From positions 1 to 37,193 of the IMG/VR virus record IMGVR_UViG_3300033067_001088: DNA of 37,193 nucleotides. One strand, 5' to 3'. The DNA is from a virus (lineage: Duplodnaviria; Caudoviricetes). Position numbers and translations under genes: made by a program. Shown in pieces: positions 9,551 to 19,376 of the stretch; the first letter of the stretch is position 1, and each line of letters starts with the position of its first letter. The notes beneath the pieces are model-generated. The model did not search any database. It worked only from the letters and a program-made list of their open reading frames with translations, and was not told the origin of the DNA.

Positions 9551-10651
9551 ATGGGCTGGCATAGTTTCTGGTCAAAAGTTGAGGATCAAGTCAAAGGCGA
9601 GGCCGAAAATCTTGATGACACTCTGCGCGATAACCCTCTGGTCGCCGCTGGCATCCCATTTACACCTCAAAATTTGGCTGTAAACAGTGCTGGCGCTATC
9701 GCGATTGGCGCTCCATATCTGGCTGGTATTGGTGGCGCTGGCGCAGCAGGTGCTGCTGGCGCAGCAGGTGCTGCTGGTGGATCAGTTGGCGGCATGTCGC
9801 TAGGTCAGCTTGGCCTTGGTTTGGGGTCTATTGGTGCCAGTATCTACGGCGCGAAACAGGCCGATAAAGCGGCTGACGCTCAAATCGCGGCCGCTGATAG
9901 AGCTGCACAACTGGAATCAGAATCAGCCGCCAATCAACTGGCATTGCAAAAGCAGATTTGGGAAAAACAGCAGGCCGACCAAGCGCCATACTTGCAACAA
10001 GGCCAATGGGGCATTAACCGCTTAGGCCAATTGATGCAAAACACATCGAATGGCGCAGCAATGCAACAACCACAATCGACTAGAAAACACTTGTTGAAGG
10101 TGCATGGCAATGGTCAGCAACAACAGCAATATACTCAAGTCGCGAATCAGGGCGGTGGGCAACTCAATAACCCATTTGACACCTACCTGAAAAGCAAGGG
10201 TTTAGCTAACGGTCAGTTCGATATCAACAATCCAGCGTACAAATTCCAATTGCAACAGGGTCAGCGTGCATTAGATTCATCGGCGGCGGCTCGCGGCATG
10301 GGCTATAGCGGTGCGCAGATGAAAGCGGCTCAGCAGTTCGGGCAGGGCTTGGCATCGCAGGAGTACGACAAACAATATGGACGGGCATCTCAAGAATTTG
10401 GCGATTACTTCAACCGCGTTGCAGGGCTATCTCAGGGCGGTCAACAAGCAGCGAATACGCTCGGCAGTCAAGGCAGTAATTACGCACAAAACGCGGGTAA
10501 TACTTATGCGAATCTGTCCAATGCTCAAACAGGCATTTTAGGCCAACAAGCCAATGCGCGAGCAAGTGGTTATGCTGCCCGCGCAAATGCCTTGGGTAAT
10601 ACGCTGGGCAGTCTGACAAATCTTTATGCGCTCAACAAAATGTACGGGTGA
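9551..10651 (+). CDS. DNA ejection / pilot protein (P22 gp7-like)
   Basis: Gly/Ala/Gln-rich with a hydrophobic Gly-Ala stretch. PAYKFQLQQGQRALDSSAAARG...SG motif. Confidence 0.8.
   Translation: MGWHSFWSKVEDQVKGEAENLDDTLRDNPLVAAGIPFTPQNLAVNSAGAIAIGAPYLAGIGGAGAAGAAGAAGAAGGSVGGMSLGQLGLGLGSIGASIYGAKQADKAADAQIAAADRAAQLESESAANQLALQKQIWEKQQADQAPYLQQGQWGINRLGQLMQNTSNGAAMQQPQSTRKHLLKVHGNGQQQQQYTQVANQGGGQLNNPFDTYLKSKGLANGQFDINNPAYKFQLQQGQRALDSSAAARGMGYSGAQMKAAQQFGQGLASQEYDKQYGRASQEFGDYFNRVAGLSQGGQQAANTLGSQGSNYAQNAGNTYANLSNAQTGILGQQANARASGYAARANALGNTLGSLTNLYALNKMYG
9737..9777 (+). repeat. 18-bp in-frame tandem repeat GCTGGCGCAGCAGGTGCT (2 copies plus a partial)
   Basis: Directly visible. Encodes AGAAGA repeats. 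Confidence 0.8.
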
Positions 10652-10655
10652 TTAG

Positions 10656-12032
10656 ATGGCCTTTAACATTGATCCAAACATCCCTCTGCAAGCCAAAACA
10701 GTGTTTGATCCTGCCGCAATCATCATGCAGGCTCAACAAGGGGCGGCAGTGCTGGATCGCCACCGTCTTGAGATGCAAAAACTGCGCGAGGAGTACGACA
10801 CGGCGAAAGAGGTGCGGGCGCAGCAAAAACGGATGCAGCAGGGTATTGCCAATGATTTGCAAACAATCCGATCCGGTTCGCCAGCCCAGTATGCGCCATT
10901 GCAATATCAGCAAACGCCACAAACCGGACAAATGCCGTTTGGCATGACCGGCGTATTGGCATCGGAGGCTGGCAAAAACACGCCGCAACCACAGGTATTC
11001 GGTCAGGATTTGCTGTCAGGCAATTACAACGTCAGTCAGCCTATTGTCAAACCGGCTATCGCTGGTGCTGAGCCATCCTATGCCGACCAATTGCAAATCG
11101 CTGTCAAAAACGCACTGGCGGTTGGAGATGTGGACAGCGCTTTTAAATACTCGCAGGCATTGCAGCAGCAACGGGTCGCTGAGCGCGAACAAAATGCGCC
11201 AGTCGGTAATCCGTACCCTGTTTATGATGCACAGGGTAATTTTGTCGGGACGCGAATTATGACCAAGGCCGGGCAAGAAATTCCGTTCGGCGCTGCCGGT
11301 ACGACTACCGTCAAACCTGATGTACTGACGGCAAAAGATAAGGAGCAGATGGCGTTTGAGATTAAAAAGCAGGATCGTCAATTAGCAGCGCAAGCTGCCA
11401 GCGACGAAAGAAAAGCGCGTCTAGAACTGGCAAAAGGCGATCCAGTTGAGCGTGCATTGGCTATTGCTCAAGGAAAAGAAGATATCAAGCAAAAAGCGTC
11501 CATCGAAGCGGCTCGCAAAGAGAAACTCACTAACGCCAATGAAGGCTTGCCGCTGATTGATAACTATATCCAAGCGCTTAAAGAGTCTCCTGGCTCCGGT
11601 TTTGGAGAATCCTATCAAGAAATAGCTGGCTATTTTGGGATGGGCGATGAAGAAAAACAGGCAGGCATGGCCAAGGCCAAACAGGCGGGCGAGGCGCTGG
11701 TCACATTTGCGCAGAAACAGCCCGGCCCATCTACTGACCGCGACGTACAGAGTTACCGGGCACAAATGGGTGTTGTTACCGATAAAACTTTGCCTGCCGC
11801 CTCACGTATCGCAGCCGCCGAACAGGCCAAGTCGCTTTTGCTGAAAATACAGGCCAAATACGGGGACTATAATGGCGCTGCTGAGCCAGTAAAACCCGTA
11901 AATCACGGCGATATTGTCAATGACCTGCCTGCAACTGCACCTAAAGGCGCTGTTGCGAAAAATCCAGAAACGGGTAAACCGGAATACATTTTCAATGGCG
12001 TCAAATGGATACCATTCGGGAGTGCTAAATAA
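10656..12032 (+). CDS. DNA ejection protein (gp20-like position)
   Basis: 458 aa, Gln/Ala-rich and helical, GPSTDRD motif. Synteny fits. Confidence 0.65.
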   Translation: MAFNIDPNIPLQAKTVFDPAAIIMQAQQGAAVLDRHRLEMQKLREEYDTAKEVRAQQKRMQQGIANDLQTIRSGSPAQYAPLQYQQTPQTGQMPFGMTGVLASEAGKNTPQPQVFGQDLLSGNYNVSQPIVKPAIAGAEPSYADQLQIAVKNALAVGDVDSAFKYSQALQQQRVAEREQNAPVGNPYPVYDAQGNFVGTRIMTKAGQEIPFGAAGTTTVKPDVLTAKDKEQMAFEIKKQDRQLAAQAASDERKARLELAKGDPVERALAIAQGKEDIKQKASIEAARKEKLTNANEGLPLIDNYIQALKESPGSGFGESYQEIAGYFGMGDEEKQAGMAKAKQAGEALVTFAQKQPGPSTDRDVQSYRAQMGVVTDKTLPAASRIAAAEQAKSLLLKIQAKYGDYNGAAEPVKPVNHGDIVNDLPATAPKGAVAKNPETGKPEYIFNGVKWIPFGSAK

Positions 12033-14128
12033 TGCCCTATGTTATTGAATTGCCAAAAAGCAAAAGGAAAGGCTATGTCATCGAAACTCCGCCAGCGGCA
12101 AAAGTTAATGCTGATGAGCAGAGAGGCCGCGATCTACCATCTCCAGCACAAGGCGCAATTACTGCTGTCAGTAATGGCCTCCTTGGCTTTGGCGATGAGC
12201 TATATGGCGCTTTAGGCGGGCTTGGTGCGGCAGCTACTGGAAACGATATCAGGCAGGCATACATCGAAAACCGTGATTTGATCCGTGGCGCACAGAAACA
12301 GTACACCGAGGATTATCCGGTCACAGCGGCGGTCACAGGCGTGATGGCTGGCGCTCCATTGGCTGCGTTTACTCCATTCAAAGCGGCGCAATTAGCACAA
12401 GGCGCAACCAAGGCCGAGAAGGCTTTTTACGCCGCCAAATTGGCTGCGCAGTCGGCGAAAACCGGGGCTTTGTATGGTGGTGCATATGGCGCTGGCACTA
12501 GCGAGGCAGATACTGCTGGCGGTGTTGCGGCTGACGCTGCTAAAAACGCGGTTGTCGGCGCGGTTGTCGGTGGTGTTGCGCAGCCGGTTATTTCGGCGGC
12601 CTCTGGGCTAGGCAAAAATATTGCAATTCGGGCATTTGGCGATATAAAAAATGCTACCCCAACTCCTGTCGGGCCGGGTCGTGGTCAGGTCGGGGCTGTT
12701 GATCCATATGGCGCGATCATCGGCAAATCACAGGAATGGATCAAACGTCAGGGCGACATGAAAATTGCTGAGGCCATCGCGCAAACGGGTCGCGCACGCA
12801 ATAAAAACCCACGTTTCTCGCTAAACGGCGACGAAATACCATACTCCGACCGGCTGGCGGAAAAAGTTGATGTGATGCCGGTAGGGACGCCGATGGCTGC
12901 GCTGAGTGGGCCGAAATCCAATGAGTTGCGCTCTCTTGATGCAGTGTCTTTGTCGAGTGGCCGCACCGCTCCGGCTGTTGCTGATATGCAAGCCAGATTG
13001 GCGCAAACTGCCTCAAAACGCTACCTAAATTATGCCGATAAAGTGTTGGGCGGAGGAAAACCAGACTTTAACAAATCCATTGCCGCACTGGAAACACAGG
13101 CAAAGACTGAATCAAAGCCATTTTACGATGTGCTGCAAACAGTCAAAGTCCCGATTGATGATGAGGTGCGCGACCTGGTGCAGCGCTCTGGCCGCTATGT
13201 CTCCAAAGCCAATCAAATGGCACGTCTGGAGGGTGAGGACTTTTCGGATATCGTCAAATACATCAAAGATGGAAGTGGAAATGCCGAAATCCCACTCATG
13301 CAACTGGAGAGGCTGAAACGGGCAATGAACGGTGCTATAGGCAATGCCAAAGCGTCGGGCGATGCCGAGTTTGCCCGCAGTATCTTGACGGCAAAAAATG
13401 CGCTGATGGATAAACTGGAGCGGTCGTCCCCGGTAACTCAGGACGGTCAATCCATTTACCGTCTGGCCAATCAGAAATTTGCCGAGCCTAAACAATTGAT
13501 TGATTCGGTCGAAGAGGGAGGCAATCTCTTTAAACGCAATCACATGGATATTCGGGATTACAAGGCGACACTCAATGATGCCGAGAAGAAAGCCTATGAA
13601 ATCGGCGTGTTTCGCGCACTAGAGGAAAAACTCGGCACGCCGTCTGGGCGTAATTTTCTGACCGAGATCAGCAAAAACCGCAACACCAGCCAGGCATTGC
13701 TTGAGGCAATGGGGCCAGCGCGTTTTCGCCAGTTTGCCAAAATGATGAAAGGCGAGCAATCGCTCAAAGGTCTTTACAGTGTCAACACTGGGTCGCAAAC
13801 GGCACAGCGGGAAGCGGCGATAGCTGAGTTAGGTCTTGATCCGATGAAAGACGCTGCCGAAAGCATGGTGCATTTGATGGGTGGGAGTCCTCTTAGCGCA
13901 GCCGGTAAAGCCTCTGCGTTTTGGCAGAAAATTAGCACGCCAGAGCAGGTACGCGATTACATGGGCAGACAGTACCTCCTGACTGGCAAGGAGAGTCAGG
14001 ATTATTTGCGCACGCTAGGCGGCTTGATGAAAAAAATCGAACGAGTAAAATCACAAAGAGCCTCTGCAACAGGTACGCTTGGCGCATTAGGTACAGGCAA
14101 TCGCAACAAACCGCAGGAATCAAAATAA
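12032..14128 (+). CDS. DNA ejection protein (gp16-like position)
   Basis: 698 aa. Gly/Ala-rich N-terminal region (GFGDEL) and GSQTAQR motif. Synteny fits. Confidence 0.65.
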   Translation: MPYVIELPKSKRKGYVIETPPAAKVNADEQRGRDLPSPAQGAITAVSNGLLGFGDELYGALGGLGAAATGNDIRQAYIENRDLIRGAQKQYTEDYPVTAAVTGVMAGAPLAAFTPFKAAQLAQGATKAEKAFYAAKLAAQSAKTGALYGGAYGAGTSEADTAGGVAADAAKNAVVGAVVGGVAQPVISAASGLGKNIAIRAFGDIKNATPTPVGPGRGQVGAVDPYGAIIGKSQEWIKRQGDMKIAEAIAQTGRARNKNPRFSLNGDEIPYSDRLAEKVDVMPVGTPMAALSGPKSNELRSLDAVSLSSGRTAPAVADMQARLAQTASKRYLNYADKVLGGGKPDFNKSIAALETQAKTESKPFYDVLQTVKVPIDDEVRDLVQRSGRYVSKANQMARLEGEDFSDIVKYIKDGSGNAEIPLMQLERLKRAMNGAIGNAKASGDAEFARSILTAKNALMDKLERSSPVTQDGQSIYRLANQKFAEPKQLIDSVEEGGNLFKRNHMDIRDYKATLNDAEKKAYEIGVFRALEEKLGTPSGRNFLTEISKNRNTSQALLEAMGPARFRQFAKMMKGEQSLKGLYSVNTGSQTAQREAAIAELGLDPMKDAAESMVHLMGGSPLSAAGKASAFWQKISTPEQVRDYMGRQYLLTGKESQDYLRTLGGLMKKIERVKSQRASATGTLGALGTGNRNKPQESK

Positions 14129-16794
14129 TGGCGTTTTCTCTGTCTCCCTGGTTAAAGCCGCGCTTTTTCATCACTGGTACAAATCGGCCTTTGGCTGGCG
14201 GTTTGCTTTACTCGTACATGGCCGGTACAACTACGCCGCAGAATAGCTATAGTGATGATTCTGGCACACTCAATACCAATCCAATCGTTTTGGACGCAGA
14301 CGGCCAGTGTAATCTGTATCTGGCTGATGATTTGTCGTATCGGTTTATCCTGAAAGATGCGAACGATGTTACCCAGTTCGACAAAGACAACATCACCGGA
14401 CAGGCATCAAGCCGAACGCAATCAGTTGACACCATCTATGACCTGTTGAGCATTGCGCCAACAACAACTGGCACACGGGTAATTGTAGCGAGCTATTGGG
14501 GAGGCTGGGCAACGAGCAGCACGCCAAGAGGCGGCGGCGTATTTGTCTGGTCTCCAACGATGGCCAAATCTCGGCACAATGGCGGGACTATTATCAGCCC
14601 GACCGTGCCTTGGGATGGTACAGCGGCTGGACATGCGAGTTTTTCTGGAACAACCAGCGGAAATATTGAATTGCCAGTCGGAGTGACAACTGGAGGCTAT
14701 CCATCAGGAGACCCCAATAACATCACGAATGTCCGTACACGGCTGCCGGTAATGAGTGGGTTTTTAGGTGGATCAGGCGAGACTCAACCTAGTGGCATCG
14801 GCTGTTGGGTGCGTGAGGATAACGTCTATTCGTTCTGTAATTTCGGCGCGAAAGGCGATGCGGCGGAAAATGTCAACGGAACAGATGATAGTTACGCCAT
14901 GCTCCAGGCGGTGCGCTCAGTACCGACAACGGGTGGCGTGTTGCATATTGAGCCGTATTACTACACCCATGGCAATGGCGATAACCGTGTCATTTTCCTG
15001 TACATGGACGGCTACAAAAACATCACCATCAACGGCTATGGTGCAGTTATCCAATCACATTCCAGCAATCCTGCGCTTGTCGCAAATTGCGGATTTTGGT
15101 TTGTCAACAGCAGCAATATCACCATCAACGGCCTGAAATTCGATGGCAGGCTAGATGTCAGAACCCCGATTGGCGGCGATCCAAACCAAACCAACAAACA
15201 ACATGGCTTCAATATTGGTCTGAACTGTCATCATGTGACCCTCAATCATTGCACCGCCTCTCGCTGTATGATGGATGGCTTTGTCGTAGGTGGGTCAACA
15301 CAGGCTATTCCGTCACCATCAAAAATTACGCTGCGCAACTGTTTCAGTGAATACAACTACCGGCAGGGGCTTTCCGTCCTTCGATGCGTAGGTATGCTGG
15401 TCTCTGGTGGAAGCTACAGCAATACTGGCCAATTGGGGGCCAGCAAAGGCACAAGCCCTATGGCTGGTATTGATTCCGAGTCTGAGGGAGTTGCTAGCGG
15501 GTATTACAATTTCGGATTGGTTATTGATGGCGTAACGCTGGATAACAACAAAGGCGCTGGCATTTATTTGGCGCTTGGTTCGCTCAAATCAGTTTTGAGG
15601 AGCTGCATCGTCACGAATAACGGCGCATATGGTACAGCCTGTACGGCGGCATCAAACGAATGTGTTATTGAAAATAACTACATCAAAAACAATGGATTCA
15701 CAAACTCATCAGATGGCTGCGAGATTTACAACCTTGGATACAACAACGTGTATTTGGGCAACGCTGTCTATCCTACGGGCCGAGCGATTCTTGATATCTC
15801 AACGGTTTCTGGCTCTCCTGCGGGAGCTGATGCAATTTACGATGGAAATACCATCGACAACACAGCAAATACTGCCGGGGCCGGTTATATTTCTATTGCG
15901 CAGGCACGCTCATATATCAACAATAAACATATCAATCTGCAATCCCTAGCGGCAGGTCATGCGGTTAACTTTACATCGCCTAAATGTGTCATTAGAGGCA
16001 ATGTAGGCCTAAACACTAATGCTGCGAACACTTTCGGTTTTATGCGGGCTGACAAAGGCTTGGTCGTCTCTGATAATTATTCGTTTGGCTATCCCCTTGT
16101 TAGCGGATTCCAGATTTACATCCGCCCGGCGTCGCTGACAGGATCATCGACAAGGGATAAAGTTATTTCGTATGGTCGCAACTATGAGGATTTTTCGCCA
16201 AAAGTCGGCATGAGCAGCGGCGAGCAAATGGGGTTGATCGACTATCCGCCAGTTTTCCACAACACGCGGCGCATGGGATCAGCCTCGGCAGCTCCGACAA
16301 CTGGCGATTGGCAACAGGGCGACATTATATGGCGGGCAAGTCCATCAGCAACAAACGTCGCCAGCAGCAATACCTATTGGGTTTGCACAACAAGCGGTAC
16401 GTTTTCAGCCGTCGCGGCGACTGGTGATACCACAAACGGAACTAAAATTATCACCAATCCCAGTAACATGACCAATATTTTCCCTGGGAGCTTTATCACT
16501 GTTGCTGGAGCTGGCATCACCAACAGCATGGTAACGCAGGTAGATACGGTCAATAACACGATTACCGTAACAGCCAATGCTACGGCAACCCTGACTGGCG
16601 CTGCTATTAGCGCATCTTCACCAGTATTTACGCCTAAAGGCTATCAGAGCGTAAAAGGATCTACTGCCAGCCGCCCAGCTTTAGGGTCAGATGCTGCTGG
16701 CTATCTGTATTTTGATACAACCCTGGTAGCCGCTGGTAAACCAATATGGTGGTCTGGTACGGCGTGGCTTGACTCTACAGGCGCTGCGGTATGA
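14128..16794 (+). CDS. Tailspike / receptor-binding protein with parallel beta-helix (putative polysaccharide depolymerase)
   Basis: N-terminal virion-binding domain (PLAGGLLYSY..GTTTP..NTNPIVLDA.G), FGAKGD neck, Asn-ladder beta-helix repeats, C-terminal GSTASRP..YFDTTL..GKPIWW module. Confidence 0.88.
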   Translation: MAFSLSPWLKPRFFITGTNRPLAGGLLYSYMAGTTTPQNSYSDDSGTLNTNPIVLDADGQCNLYLADDLSYRFILKDANDVTQFDKDNITGQASSRTQSVDTIYDLLSIAPTTTGTRVIVASYWGGWATSSTPRGGGVFVWSPTMAKSRHNGGTIISPTVPWDGTAAGHASFSGTTSGNIELPVGVTTGGYPSGDPNNITNVRTRLPVMSGFLGGSGETQPSGIGCWVREDNVYSFCNFGAKGDAAENVNGTDDSYAMLQAVRSVPTTGGVLHIEPYYYTHGNGDNRVIFLYMDGYKNITINGYGAVIQSHSSNPALVANCGFWFVNSSNITINGLKFDGRLDVRTPIGGDPNQTNKQHGFNIGLNCHHVTLNHCTASRCMMDGFVVGGSTQAIPSPSKITLRNCFSEYNYRQGLSVLRCVGMLVSGGSYSNTGQLGASKGTSPMAGIDSESEGVASGYYNFGLVIDGVTLDNNKGAGIYLALGSLKSVLRSCIVTNNGAYGTACTAASNECVIENNYIKNNGFTNSSDGCEIYNLGYNNVYLGNAVYPTGRAILDISTVSGSPAGADAIYDGNTIDNTANTAGAGYISIAQARSYINNKHINLQSLAAGHAVNFTSPKCVIRGNVGLNTNAANTFGFMRADKGLVVSDNYSFGYPLVSGFQIYIRPASLTGSSTRDKVISYGRNYEDFSPKVGMSSGEQMGLIDYPPVFHNTRRMGSASAAPTTGDWQQGDIIWRASPSATNVASSNTYWVCTTSGTFSAVAATGDTTNGTKIITNPSNMTNIFPGSFITVAGAGITNSMVTQVDTVNNTITVTANATATLTGAAISASSPVFTPKGYQSVKGSTASRPALGSDAAGYLYFDTTLVAAGKPIWWSGTAWLDSTGAAV

Positions 16795-17084
16795 CGATCA
16801 GCCGACTACCTAAGTCGGCCTTCTTTCCAGCGATTCGCATCAGTCCGCAGCGTCTGATTTTCGGCCTCAAGCTCGGCGATGCGTTTGTCGGTAGCCTCCC
16901 CCAACTCCGGCGCTGGACTGGCGGCGATCATGGCGCAAACGGATCTCGATTGCAGCCGCTGGAGTACCAAGGCCGGTGGCTGTTGCCAGAGGCCGTATTG
17001 TCCGACCCCGACTATATCGACCAGCGCGATTTTTTATCAAGCCTGCCGACCGAGGACGTGACCATTGAAATACTCGATAGCTGA
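16791..17084 (+). CDS. Hypothetical protein
   Basis: ATGA overlap with the tailspike. 97 aa. Confidence 0.6.
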   Translation: MTISRLPKSAFFPAIRISPQRLIFGLKLGDAFVGSLPQLRRWTGGDHGANGSRLQPLEYQGRWLLPEAVLSDPDYIDQRDFLSSLPTEDVTIEILDS

Positions 17085-17433
17085 ATCGGTAAACGCTGAC
17101 GTAAATACCTCAGTGACGTACAAAACCGATCTGGAGCAGTACGGCAAACTGGAGTTTTGGGAGCCAGCCGGGGAATTTGGTGACTGCGAGGATTATGCCC
17201 TACTTAAACGGTCTAGACTTGCAGAGGCTGGCGTACCGTCAACTGAGATGCTGTTAGCCACTTGCTACATGCCTGACGGTCAGGGGCACATGGTGTTGCT
17301 GGTTAAAACCGATCAAGGCTGGTTTGCACTGGACAACAATTACAACTGGCCGATGATCCCGTCACAACTGCCGTATCGCTGGGACAAGTGTCTAAGGGGT
17401 GATCAATGGGTAAAATTATCGTTTTGGGTTTGA
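17065..17433 (+). CDS. Transglutaminase-like cysteine peptidase core (BTLCP / peptidase C93, LapG-like)
   Basis: VN..VN, TD..YG..EFW, GDCEDYALLK (catalytic Cys), GHMVL (His) and LDN (Asp). No signal peptide. TTG start with upstream GAGG. Confidence 0.85.
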   Translation: MKYSIAESVNADVNTSVTYKTDLEQYGKLEFWEPAGEFGDCEDYALLKRSRLAEAGVPSTEMLLATCYMPDGQGHMVLLVKTDQGWFALDNNYNWPMIPSQLPYRWDKCLRGDQWVKLSFWV

Positions 17434-17552
17434 TTTTGGCCGGGTGTGCTGCTACATCGCACGACGCCCCGGTTTTTGGGGATAAAGTCACGCCGCCCAT
17501 CGGATGGTTCGGGTATTGCGCCCGCCATCCGACAGACGTTGATTGCCGCTAA
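17406..17552 (+). CDS. 48-aa lipoprotein carrying a BTLCP N-terminal-like motif (not in the ORF track)
   Basis: MGKIIVLGLILAGCAATSHDAPVFGDKVTPPIGWFGYCARHPTDVDCR. Lipobox LAGC. AAGGGGT RBS. Confidence 0.8.
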   Translation: MGKIIVLGLILAGCAATSHDAPVFGDKVTPPIGWFGYCARHPTDVDCR

Positions 17553-17598
17553 GTTCCCGGTCGTTTTCCAGGGATTCGCGCCGGTGCAATGTCGTTCG

Positions 17599-18156
17599 TC
17601 AGCCTGCGCCTTCCTGCATCAACAGCCAGTCGTTGAAAAAATGCCAGAACAGACTGCTATCATCCAATCTGCACGCCGTTCCGCCGCGCTCAGCTTTGCC
17701 ATCCACCCCGATTTTTGAAATGTAGATTTGATCACGCGGCTGAAACTCAACATCAGGCACTCGGACGACTTGCCACCCTGGTGGGAGGGTTGGCTTGTCG
17801 ATGACGGGTTCGTCAGACACTTGCGTCGGGGCTAGCACCGGCTGGGCGTAGAGCTTTTTATATCCGCCAGAATCAGCGCCGCCCATGACTGCTTCGGACT
17901 CATCTGTGGTATAGACAAAACCTGACGAGCTGGAAAAAATCTTGTATGCAAAAAGACACGGCTTCTGCGCCCGCATCGCCTCCAATCCTACCAGCGCTTT
18001 CTTGTGCTCGCCAATCGCCCATCCGCGCTCGATTTCGGCTTTGCTGAGTTTGCGCTCAAGATCAAATATGCGGGTGCTGGCAGCAGCCAAAGCCGACTCC
18101 AGTTTATCGCGCCAGCAATACACACAGTCGTGCTGTTCGTGCTTTGTGCATTTCAT
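17599..18156 (-). CDS. Hypothetical early protein
   Basis: 185 aa with a Cys/His N-terminus, a coiled coil and a KLYAQP motif typical of Ea-region mosaics. Confidence 0.7.
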   Translation of the reverse strand: MKCTKHEQHDCVYCWRDKLESALAAASTRIFDLERKLSKAEIERGWAIGEHKKALVGLEAMRAQKPCLFAYKIFSSSSGFVYTTDESEAVMGGADSGGYKKLYAQPVLAPTQVSDEPVIDKPTLPPGWQVVRVPDVEFQPRDQIYISKIGVDGKAERGGTACRLDDSSLFWHFFNDWLLMQEGAG

Positions 18157-18157
18157 C

Positions 18158-18464
18158 TCATTCCCCCTTCATCAGCGCGTCTATTGTGGAGCGCGGGTTT
18201 GTGCAGTTTTGTTTAAGATTCCTTGACTTCAGTGTTGTTTTGATCAGTCCATTCACACCATAACAGATCATTTTGATTGCCTTGTATAGCGCCATGTTTT
18301 AATGACCAGTCCAGCCGCTTTTGCTCTTGCGCCAGCTCTAAACGTAGCCACGCTATTTCATCTGCGGCATAAGCGGCCAGCGAGGTTTGGCGATCACCTG
18401 CTATTTGCCGCAATTGCCCTTCGTATGACCGTTCAGGAGCCTGTGGTTGATTGTTTTCAGTCAT
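18158..18464 (-). CDS. Hypothetical early protein, apparently frameshifted near 18215
   Basis: ORF 18213-18464 contains KRLDW. The expected tail KQNCTNPRSTIDALMKGE* continues in the adjacent frame to 18158. Confidence 0.55.
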
Positions 18465-18987
18465 GATGTTTTGCCTCGCAATATGGACAGCCCAGAGGAT
18501 TCAGCCCATCATCCAGCCATGTGCAGCCGCAGTTGTCGCAATGGGTAGCGCCAGGGTGTGTGGGTAGCTTTGGCTCGGCGTAGAGAATAGTCTCCGGCGA
18601 TGGTTTTCTGTCCTTATACCAGCATAACCCATACCGACTATCCATGTATGCAACCGGCTCTTGACCCCGCAACCTCTCCAACTCCGCCGTAGCCGCCTCA
18701 AGCCGGGCAATCAGGGCGAGGATTGTTGCGGGATTTGCGGCGGCGATGTATGCAGCGTTTTCCTCGGATATATGGCAAAAATATATTGGTTTGTCGCCGA
18801 TGCCTACTCCTGTCGCAGTTGCGACGATTGGATATGGCGATTTCAATTGACCGTCATCATAAGCGGTAACAATCATCCGCTCGATATGATGCCCCATATA
18901 GCGGCGTGGGTATTTCTGTTCGGCAACAGCCCATCCACCCGGCGTCGCAGCCTCAGCCAGCCGCTTCAGTTCGTCAAATTCGCTCAT
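18457..18987 (-). CDS. Ead/Ea22-like protein
   Basis: FDELKRLAEAATPGGW and NAAYIAAANPATILALI motifs, C-terminal CxxC..CxxC. GAGG RBS before ATG 18987. Confidence 0.8.
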   Translation of the reverse strand: MSEFDELKRLAEAATPGGWAVAEQKYPRRYMGHHIERMIVTAYDDGQLKSPYPIVATATGVGIGDKPIYFCHISEENAAYIAAANPATILALIARLEAATAELERLRGQEPVAYMDSRYGLCWYKDRKPSPETILYAEPKLPTHPGATHCDNCGCTWLDDGLNPLGCPYCEAKHHD

Positions 18988-19054
18988 AAAAACCTCGGTA
19001 TTTGCCCTCATAACGGATTATGAGGACATTTGGTGTATAACTACGAGTTAGATA

Positions 19055-19375
19055 CTAATCTGCTAAAACTGCATTTATTGGCCTGTAACATTCGTGCGCG
19101 TTTTTGTATTTCTTGCAAAGCTCGCCAAATTTAAACGACAAGCATCCTTTTTCTGCCGACTTTGTTACTTTTTCAAAATCAGAATGAGGAAAACGCAAGG
19201 TAATACAAAACATTTTATTAGAATCAATAAAGACTATTGGTGCAATGAATGTAACCTCTACTCCTTCTAGTGCTTTATTAACTTGCGTTTGGCAGGAAAA
19301 ATGAAAAGTCTTTCCTGCTAATAAATCTAAAACCTTTTTGTTTCGATATAAATACTCGCCTAAATCAGGTCTCAT
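19055..19375 (-). CDS. AT-rich hypothetical cargo protein
   Basis: GGAGG RBS before ATG 19375. Visibly lower GC than its neighbours. Confidence 0.65.
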   Translation of the reverse strand: MRPDLGEYLYRNKKVLDLLAGKTFHFSCQTQVNKALEGVEVTFIAPIVFIDSNKMFCITLRFPHSDFEKVTKSAEKGCLSFKFGELCKKYKNAHECYRPINAVLAD

Positions 19376-19376
19376 T

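Noticed and set aside
78-16577. Numerous antisense and out-of-frame ORFs in the track overlapping structural genes
   Set aside because: Shadow ORFs with no recognisable motifs, fully inside well-supported genes.
17499-17533. Long hairpin ATCGGATGG...CCATCCGAC as a stand-alone ncRNA
   Set aside because: It lies inside the lipoprotein ORF. It may act as a terminator for the converging operons, but nothing supports an RNA gene.
17560-17603. CTGACGA...GAAA on the minus strand suggesting a hammerhead ribozyme
   Set aside because: The required stems II and III cannot be formed.
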